This document shows, piece after piece, positions 55,221-64,000 of a stretch of 64,000 nt of DNA. The notes beneath the pieces are model-generated. The model was given only the letters and a program-made list of their open reading frames with translations. It ran no database searches and was not told where the DNA came from. The stretch's first letter is position 1; every line of letters starts with the position of its first letter. Source of the DNA: Guillardia theta CCMP2712 (lineage: Eukaryota; Protista; Cryptophyta); assembly GCF_000315625.1 (NCBI RefSeq), contig NW_005434581.1, positions 105,128 through 169,127 on the forward strand, written 5' to 3'. The translations under genes were made by a program, and so were the position numbers.

Positions 55221-57052
55221 ATGCTGGTCGACGGAAAGCGCTATCGGACGATATGGCTGAAAGAGCAGGACAGCGAAGTTGTGCAGGTACGATGGAGAGG
55301 GAGGGAGAAGGAGAGTAGAGTTAGAAGGGGAGAGAAGGAGGAAGGGAGGAGAGAAGAGAGCTGAGGGAGGAGCGAAAGAGAAATTTACAAGGGAGGAAGG
55401 AAATGAGTTGATCAGAGTACTTAACCGACAGGTCGTTTTCTTGCTGAATGTCATATGCAGATAATTGACCAGCGGTACCTGCCTCATCAGTTCGTGATCG
55501 AGGACATTTGTAATCATGAAGAGATGGCGATTGTATGTTTCAACCTATCTTACTACTTTCTGACTTTCTATGCTCTACAACCATTAGGCTATCAAGGACA
55601 TGCACGTTCGGGGAGCAGGTCTCATTGGTGCAGCAGCAGGATATGGCATGTTTCTTGCAGCCCTGAAGGTGTGTGACTGTCAGAAATTCTTGAATCTTTC
55701 CCTTTGGTTGTCATTTGACATTGTTGTTGTGCTTTTGATAATATCTGTGTTTGATGGTCACTGCCTTGGTTGTTACCTCCTTTCATGAAATCTCGCAGAG
55801 CACTGAATGTGAGCTTCAGGCACCAAAGACATCTCCAGAAGAGCATCTAACGTTTGTGGAAGAAGCTGGTCTGTTCCTCAAGGTATACACACATTTCTGA
55901 AACCAGGGAGGGAGGGAGAGCGGGAAGGAGGGAGGGAGGGAGAGGAAGCCGGAAAGTGTATGAGAGATTGTATGTGAGAGATTGTTTCATGGGTGTGAGG
56001 AAAAAGAATAGGAAAGATCCAAGTTCTACAACCTCTTACTGTTTCCTTCCAGTCTACACGCCCCACAGCCGTCAATCTTGAGTTTGCGGTGGAGAGGTGA
56101 AGCCTTTGAAGCCTAAGGCGCAGCTGATAGTGATATACCGCATGCAATCAGGCAGCTCAGTCACATGAAGGGCATCAGCGACGTCGAGGAGAGAGTTCGA
56201 GCTTGCAGGGAGATGGCTGGGGTGATTGCAGATGAAGATGCACAGTTCTGCTCCAAGATCGGGCAGCATGGCGTGACGATCATTGAGGAGATCTACAAGA
56301 AGAAGGTTGCTACTGTGCTTCCCTCCTGAGAATGAGGGCTCCTTGTTCCGACGACTGCGATCCTCCTCCTCCTCCTCCTCTTCTTCCTCCTCCTTCTCCT
56401 CCTCCTTCTCCCTCACCTGCGTCTCAGGGTGCTCCTGTCAACATCCTCACCCACTGCAACGCCGGCTGGTTGGCCTTCGTCGACGTCGGATCCGCCACGG
56501 CCCCGATCTACGAGGCTCATAACCGTAACATCCCCATCCATGTCTATGTGGACGAGACGCGTCCTCCGGAACCCACGGTCCCCCCCTCCCCTCCCCTCCC
56601 CTCCCTCCCTCCCTCCCTCCCCTGCTCCTGCTCGCTCGCTCGCTCCTTCTCGCTCTCTCTCTCCCCGCTCATTCCCTCCCCACTCCTCCTGTTCCCCTTG
56701 CTTCTTGCTCATTCATCTCGCCCCATTGCTCTCATCACCTCCTTCTACGCTCTTCCTCTCTCTTCTCTGCTACCTCCATCCTCCTTCCTCCATCCTTTCC
56801 TCCCTCCTTCTGTTTCCTCCTCCTACTTCTCGTTCTAGTCGACCTTTTCTTCATCTGACCCCCTTCCTCTCTTTCATCTCCTCCTATTGTACGATCGCCC
56901 CTCGTTCGTGTCCTCATTCTTTCCCCCTCCTTCCTATCTCCTCTGATCCCACGGCAGGGAGCCAGTCTGACCGCCTGGGAGCTCTCAAAGCACGGGGTCA
57001 AGCACACCATTATCGCCGACAACGTGGGCGGACATCTCATGCAACACGGTCA

Positions 57053-57100
<48 letters not shown>

Positions 57101-57728
57101 NNNNNNNNNNNNNNNNNNNNNNNNNNNNNNNNNNNNNNNNNNNNNNNNNNNNNNNNNNNNNNNNNNNNNNNNNNNNNNNNNNNNNNNNNNNNNNNNNNNN
57201 NNNNNNNNNNNNNNNNNNNNNNNNNNNNNNNNNNNNNNNNNNNNNNNNNNNNNNNNNNNNNNNNNNNNNNNNNNNNNNNNNNNNNNNNNNNNNNNNNNNN
57301 NNNNNNNNNNNNNNNNNNNNNNNNNNNNNNNNNNNNNNNNNNNNNNNNNNNNNNNNNNNNNNNNNNNNNNNNNNNNNNNNNNNNNNNNNNNNNNNNNNNN
57401 NNNNNNNNNNNNNNNNNNNNNNNNNNNNNNNNNNNNNNNNNNNNNNNNNNNNNNNNNNNNNNNNNNNNNNNNNNNNNNNNNNNNNNNNNNNNNNNNNNNN
57501 NNNNNNNNNNNNNNNNNNNNNNNNNNNNNNNNNNNNNNNNNNNNNNNNNNNNNNNNNNNNNNNNNNNNNNNNNNNNCCTCCTCTCTCCTCCTCCTCCGGT
57601 TATTGGAATACCTTCTCTCATGCTCACAGTCATTCAGGTTTGTCGCCCTCCCCTCCTCCACCTTCGACTGGACTCGACGAGATGGGGTGAAAGAGATCCC
57701 AATCGAATCTCGAAACGAGAACGAGGTC

Positions 57729-57760
<32 letters not shown>

Positions 57761-58440
57761 CTCCTCTTCCTCCTCCTCTTCCTCCTCCTCGTTTTTCTTT
57801 TTCCCCAATCTCCACCATTGGTCTTCGTTCTCGTCCTCATCTCCTGCCATTTCCTCCCTCCCCTTCCTCCTCTTCTACCGCGGCCTCTCTCTCCCTCCTG
57901 CTGACTTCCTTCAGGTCAAATTCATCCAGGGGCTGCACCAAGAAAGCGGCAAAGTCCTCGAAGTCCTCCTCTGCCCAGCTGAGAGTCCAGCTGGTATTCC
58001 ACCTGTCGTCTCACCTGCTCTCACTGATGCTGGTTTCAGCCAACTATGCCTTCGACGTGACTCCTGCTCGACTGCTGTCGGGCTTGATCACCGAGGTGAG
58101 AAGAGGGAGAGAGGAGGAAGGAGGAGGAGAAGGAGGGGAAGGAGGAGAAGGAGTGGGGGGGAGAAAGCATGAGGAGGAGGAGGAGGAGGAGGAGGAGGAG
58201 GAGGAGTAAGAGGAGCAAGGAGGAAAAGAAGGAGGAGGAGGCGGAAGCGGTGGAGGAGGAGGAGGAGGAGATGGGGGAGGAGGAATGTTGTTGGAGGGCA
58301 AATCAGATTTTCTGGATGGAAATCAGAATGGCGGGAGGAGGAGCAGGAGAGAGGGGAGAAGATGATTTGATTTCTCGCAGCGTGGAGTTTGCCGTGCAGA
58401 GGAGCAAAGTATTCTTGAGCTCTTTCCTGAGAAGAAATGA
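55221..58440 (+). CDS. MRI1: Methylthioribose-1-phosphate isomerase (methionine salvage), bacterial-type sequence
   Basis: [98 protein letters not shown]; stop TGA at 58438-58440. Confidence 0.95.
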
Positions 58441-58536
58441 ATGGAAGGAGTGCTTCATCACAGACTGTTACTTGTTTCTACCTCTCTATACAACATATAT
58501 TCGGCCTTTCTCAAATGACATGGCGTTACATTCTCC

Positions 58537-59897
58537 TTACATGACAAATGTTCTTGTCATGACATCTACTTTGCTCTTTCCTTGACCCACCCACGTCGTC
58601 ATGCTCTTCAAACTTGCTAGAATCTCGTCCTCTGTCTTGATCTTGACCTCAAATTTGCTTCGCTAATACACATGTGAGAGGAAACAAGAAGGCGGGAAGG
58701 GAGGATGGGAAGAGGGAAAGGGAGTAGAATGCGCACGAGGAGGAGGAGGAGACAAAAGGGAGAAGGTGGACGAAAAGTAGAGAGATGCATCCGAGGGGGA
58801 GAGGTTGCAAGATTAGGACAGGAGGGAAACAAGGAGAGGAGGGAGGAGGGGGTGAAAGACGAAGGATGGGGGAGTAGCAGCAGGTGGAGGGTTGTTGTTG
58901 TGGTGGTGGAGGAGGAGAATGGAAGAAACGAGCAACAAGAAGTTTGAGGTAGAGGGAAGGTCTTACTGGAGGGAGGAGGGAGGAGACGTTGATGATGTCA
59001 GTCTCCTCAAAGGACTTGGTCCACGGGTGCGCGAGAGCATCAGCAGCAGAAATTCTCTTGCTTGGAGCAATCTGAATGCAGTTGAGAGAGGAGAGAGGAG
59101 AGAGGAGAGAGGAGAGAGGAGAGAGGAGAGAGGAGAGAGGAGAGAGGAGAGAGGAGAGAGGAGAGAGGAGAGAGGAGAGAGGAGAGAGGAGAGAGGAGAG
59201 AGGAGAGAGGAGAGAGGAGAGAGGAGAGAGGAGAGAGGAGAGAGGAGAGAGGAGAGCAGGGAAGGAAAGGGGAGGGAACGAGGGAAGGGAAGGGAAGGGA
59301 AGGGAAGGGAATGCAGGAGGGCAGAGGCGGGAGAAGGGGAGGAGGAGGTTTAGGGGAGGGGAGGGAAAAGGAGGAGCAGAAAACCTCGAGCAATTTCGAG
59401 AGGAGGTCGAGAAGCGATGGAGGGGCAGAGCAGAACAACAAGTTGAAGTTCTTCTGTAAGGAGAGAAGAAAAATCAAAAAAGGTTTTCCTGATAATGTTT
59501 ATGAGGATGTTTATGATGATGACGATGATGATGATGATGAGAGGAAATCGAATCAGCTCACCTTTGGCATGTGCGAGAAAGCAATCTTATCATAATCAGG
59601 AAGTTGTACAACTTGGGGCCAATCTTCCATCCAGACGTCGGGAGTTCCCAAGACATGAAAGATTTTGTACATCTCAACAGACCTCTCAGATTTTGATGTT
59701 GGGCAGTGCAAACCGTTTACCTGATCGATGTCGGTCTCTCCGGGGAACAGAGGAGACAGGTTGAAGAGCTCTGCAATGATGCAGCCAGCAGACCAGATGT
59801 CGACCTGTGCAAAGCATCATGAACATCGTCAACTCACGTATCATCATCTTCTCGTTCCTGTCGTTCGTCTTGTTCATCTTCTCTATCATCATCAAGA

Positions 59898-59949
<52 letters not shown>

Positions 59950-60917
59950 GTCATCGTTTCCCATCACTACTCTTATACTCGTTTCCTTCGCTTCCACTTC
60001 CTCCTCCCATCACCTCTTTCCCGTACGTGTTGGCGGCATACAACATCTCTGGCGCCCTGTACCATCTCGTGGCAGCCTGCAGATAGTCAACGTGAAGGTG
60101 CAGAGAGGAATGACAGAAGGGCGGCAAGAAAGTTATGAAGCAGGGAGACAAGGAGAGGAGAGGAGAGGAGAGGAGAGGAGAGGAGAGGAGAGGAGAGGAG
60201 AGGAGAGGAGAGGAGAGGAGAGGAGAGACTGGAAGGAAGGAGAGGAGCGTAGAGGCGAGGAGCGTAGAGGAGCGGAGCGGAGGGGAGCGGAGCAGAGAGG
60301 AGAGGAGAGGAGGGGAGGGAGGGGAGCGGAGAGGCGAGGAGCGTAGAGGAGAGGAGAGGAGAGGAGAGGAGAGGAGAGGAGAGGAGAGAATAGGAGACGA
60401 TATGATATGATATGAGTTGGGATGAGATGCTTACCTGGAAAGAGTATCCTTCTCCTGCCTTGGCCATCAGTCTCGCAAGACCGAAGTCCCCGAGCTTCAC
60501 GACGCCATGCTGGCTGACGAGGACGTTCCCTGGCTTGAGATCGCGATGGAGGAGGTCGAGAGAGTGAAGATGTGCCAACCCTCCCAGCATGCCCTTGCTC
60601 AGCCTCCACTGGAGGAGGAGAGGAAGGGGCTGCTGCTGACGGCTGATCACGTCATGCAGCGAGCATCGCATGCACTCCATGACAAGTACGACGGTGGCGC
60701 CATGCACGATCACGTCCAGGAGCCGAACGACATTGTGATGCTCGCCATGCTGCATGGCCTTTATTTCGCGCCATATCCCCACAGACAGTCCCTCCTCTCC
60801 TCTCCTCACTGGGACTTTCTTGAGCGCTACCTGCTGTCCATCGCGCTTGTCCTGAGCTCTGTAGACCTCCCCGAACGACCCCCCGCCCACTCGTTCATGC
60901 ACGACAAACTGATTCAT
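58537..60917 (-). CDS. Cyclin-dependent kinase-like kinase, CDK20/CCRK (LF2-like)
   Basis: GGGSFGEV, VALKK, WREIKAM, HRDLKPGN, DFGLAR, YSFQ/AATRWYRAPEMLY, VDIWSAGCIIAELFNLSPLFPGETDIDQ, LGTP..WP..LPDYDKIAF; no PSTAIRE. Confidence 0.85.
59083..59255. repeat. (GAGAGGAGAGAG)-type tandem repeat in a CDK20 intron
   Basis: Regular 12-bp purine unit, about 14 copies. Confidence 0.92.
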
Positions 60918-61566
60918 GGCAGAGCATGGAGGGGAGGATTGGTGGAAGCAGGGGGAGAGGGAGAGAGGAGAGGGAGAAAGGACGGAGAGGAGGTAGCTGT
61001 GCTGTGAAGAGGAGGGAGGGGAGGGGAGGGGAGGGGAGGGGAGGGGAGGGGAGGGGAGGGGAGGGGAAGGGGGAGGGGAGGGTAGGGGAGGGAGGACGGG
61101 TTNNNNNNNNNNNNNNNNNNNNNNNNNNNNNNNNNNNNNNNNNNNNNNNNNNNNNNNNNNNNNNNNNNNNNNNNNNNNNNNNNNNNNNNNNNNNNNNNNN
61201 NNNNNNNNNNNNNNNNNNNNNNNNNNNNNNNNNNNNNNNNNNNNNNNNNNNNNNNNNNNNNNNNNNNNNNNNNNNNNNNNNNNNNNNNNNNNNNNNNNNN
61301 NNNNNNNNNNNNNNNNNNNNNNNNNNNNNNNNNNNNNNNNNNNNNNNNNNNNNNNNNNNNNNNNNNNNNNNNNNNNNNNNNNNNNNNNNNNNNNNNNNNN
61401 NNNNNNNNNNNNNNNNNNNNNNNNNNNNNNNNNNNNNNNNNNNNNNNNNNNNNNNNNNNNNAGGAGGGAGGGAGGGAGGGAGGGAGGGAGGGAGGGGAGG
61501 GAGGGTGGAGGAGGGATGGGAGAACTCCCGGAGGAAGGGAGCTGATCGCTGGGATGGCAGAGTGCC

Positions 61567-62177
61567 ATGGCGACTACAAGCGCAGCGAAGCTTTCGCTGC
61601 TGCGGGAGAAGATGAAGGAGCATGGACTAGACGCGCTTATCGTCAACTCCGAGGACGCCACCAGAGCGAGTACGTCGGGGAGAGCGAGAGGAGGAGGCAG
61701 TTCATCTCCGGCTTCTCCGGCTCTGCAGGCACCGCCTTCGTCGGCATGGAGGGAGCATGGCTGTGGACAGACTCTCGTTACCTCCTGCAGGCCAGCCAGC
61801 AGCTCGATACCAGCGTGTGGACTGTCATGCACAGCCTGCCGCGGCAAGCGTCCATGGCGGAGCACGCGGCGGCAGAGCTTCCGCAGGGCTCGAGGATCGG
61901 AGCAGATCCATGGCTGCTGCCGCTTGCTACCTACCAGACGCTGCAGGACAAACTGAGCAGCAGGGAGCACGTGCTTGTTCCGCTGACGAACAACTTGGTG
62001 GATGAGCTGTGGGATAGTCGACCTCGTCCTCCCAAGGGGAAAGCGTTTGCGCACCCGGTCAGACTTTCAGGAAGCAGCACGAAGGAGAAGCTGGAGAGGA
62101 CGAGGAAGGAGCTAAGGGAGGTTAGCTTGTCTTGTTATGATGATGATGATGATGATGATGGAGATGATGATGATGGA

Positions 62178-62225
<48 letters not shown>

Positions 62226-63381
62226 AATGACGACGATGACGATGATGATGATGATGATGATGATGATAATGGAGATGATTGACGATGGCGATGATGATGA
62301 TGATGATGATGATGGAGATGATGGCGGTGATGATGACGACGACAAGTATCACCTATACAACAATCACAGTGTTGCTGTTCTTCTGACTGTTCACAGCTCG
62401 GCGCCTCGGCCATGGTCATCTCCTCACTCGACGAAGTCGCCTGGCTGCTCAACGTGAGGGGTGACGACATCCCTTACAACCCGTTCGTCGTCTCCTACGT
62501 CATCCTCACTATGGAGGAGACCAAGTGGTGGGCGAGGACGTTGGGATGGGAGGACGAGGACCTGACTTAGCTCGCAGGTTCGTGGATGAGGAGAAGGTGG
62601 ACGAAAGTCTGCGTGCATCCTTGCAGGATGACGGGGTATCGATCTTCTCCTACTCGTCGTTGGAAGGTGCATGCTCTTCCTGCTGCAGGAAGTTTCATGT
62701 GAGGAGTTGTTCAGAGCACCTCGTCCTCCTCGCCAAGGGCTGCGGCAGCGTCCTCGTTGACCCTGCCAAGTGCTCGTGGAAGGTCTACATGATCCTCACG
62801 CCGGAGACGAAGGAGGAGATGGTAGAGCAGTGCAAGGTGGGTGGAAGGGATGGGCAAAGAGGGAGGGAGAGGAAGAAGGGAGAGGAGAGGAGAGGAGAGG
62901 AGAGGAGAGGAGAGGAGAGGAGAGGAGAGGAGAGGAGTGGAGTGGAGTGGAGTGAGGAGGGGAGGGGAGGGGACGGGAGAGGAGGGAAGAGGGGAGAGGA
63001 GGGGATGGGAGGGGAGGAGGGAGAGGGAGGGTGGGAAGGGAGGGGGGGAGAGGAGGGCAGGAAAGGAGAGGAAGAAGAGAGAGGAGAAAGAAGGGGGGGA
63101 GAGTGAGGATGGAAGGGAGGGAGGGGAAGGGAGTGGTCCTGCCCTCAAGTCTCTTCCTCAGGTCATTACACAACTCTCGCCTGTGTGCACCTTGAAGGCG
63201 ATCAAGACGGAGGAGGAGCTGCAAGGGTTCCGTGATGCGCACCTCAAGGTTGAGTTGCTCCCTCCTTCTCCACCCCCTGCTCTTGCTCCTGCTCCTCCTG
63301 CTTCTGCTCCTGTCCTTTTTTCATCTCCTCCTCCTCCTCCTCTCTCATCTCCTCCTGCTCTTTGTGTTTTCTCCTTTTGCA

Positions 63382-63415
<34 letters not shown>

Positions 63416-64000
63416 AACCTCAACCCCCTTCTTTTGGCTCCACTCTTCTGCTTTCATTTTGCATAGTCTTGTCCCACTGGATTTTCTCCCTACTCCATTA
63501 TCCTTCTCATTCCTTCTCTCCTCCTGTATCTCTCTCTCTCTCTCCTCTCCTCTTCTCCTCTCTCTGACGTTTCTTCAGGACGCCGCTGCCATGGTGAACT
63601 TTCTTTGTTGGATAGAGAAGGCGATGGAGGATAACGTACATCTGACAGAGGTTCGACTTCTGTACCTCCACCAAACTCCTCCTCACTCCTCCCTCCTCCC
63701 CTCCCCCAGGTGTCGGCCGCAGACAAGCTGCTGGAGTTCAGAAAGCAGCAGCAGGTATCTCTTCCCCGCCTCCTCGACCACTCGCTCCCTGCTCCCAGCT
63801 CGCTGAAATCAAGGCCAGGGCTTCGTGAGCTTGAGTTTCGAGACCATTTCTGCATACGGAAGGTGCTCTTCCTCCTCCTCCTCCTCTCTTCCTGCTGCTC
63901 CTGCTCCTGCTCCTGCTCCTCCTCCTGCTCCTCCTGCTCCTCCTGCTCCTCCTGCTCCTCCTGCTCCTGCTCCTGCTCCTCCTGCTCCTCCTGCTCCTCC
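61567..64000 (+). CDS. Xaa-Pro aminopeptidase (aminopeptidase P, M24B, XPNPEP1-like); apparent 1-bp frameshift at ~61658; runs off the window
   Basis: [16 protein letters not shown] then a frame switch to [27 protein letters not shown]; [59 protein letters not shown]. Confidence 0.92.
62137..62343. repeat. (GAT/ATG)n microsatellite in an aminopeptidase P intron
   Basis: Imperfect gat run bounded by a GTTAG donor and a CAG acceptor. Confidence 0.92.

Noticed and set aside
60918-62054. N-terminal extension of the 655-aa ORF on the kinase
   Set aside because: Made of antisense aminopeptidase sequence, an N-gap and repeats; the kinase most plausibly starts at MNQF (60917)

Overview
This is eukaryotic nuclear DNA from a draft assembly with eight N-gaps. 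It is gene-dense and intron-rich, with short GT-AG introns (at least two GC-AG), a CTGAC-type branch point, and long purine/pyrimidine microsatellites inside many introns. The style suggests a flagellated alga, most plausibly a cryptophyte of the Guillardia/Hanusia type (inference, not proven). Most short ORFs in the six-frame track are artefacts of repeats or antisense frames. Genes reconstructed by hand, in order: a 5'-truncated GAF + cyclic-nucleotide-binding protein (+), lipase maturation factor (+), an aquaporin with a presequence (+), a Canopy/saposin-like ER protein (+), a GAF-PDE class I phosphodiesterase (+), a DUF1622 + EF-hand fusion (-), a ~4,500-aa dynein heavy chain whose AAA1 catalytic motifs are degenerate (+), a KCNH/CNG-type K+ channel (-), a PPR-SMR protein (-), MSH2 (-), a possible syntaxin-like gene (+), a bacterial-type MtnA/MRI1 (+), a CDK20/LF2-like kinase (-) and aminopeptidase P (+, apparent 1-bp frameshift, 3'-truncated). 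The most notable observations are (1) the apparently ATPase-dead but full-length dynein, (2) the DUF1622/His-rich/EF-hand fusion, (3) a phased array of eight TATAGTCAA-like motifs at 30-36 bp spacing, and (4) recurring classes of motif-dense upstream intergenic regions, one carrying a 16-20 nt element seen three times. Exon boundaries and gene ends were read by eye and are approximate unless stated.
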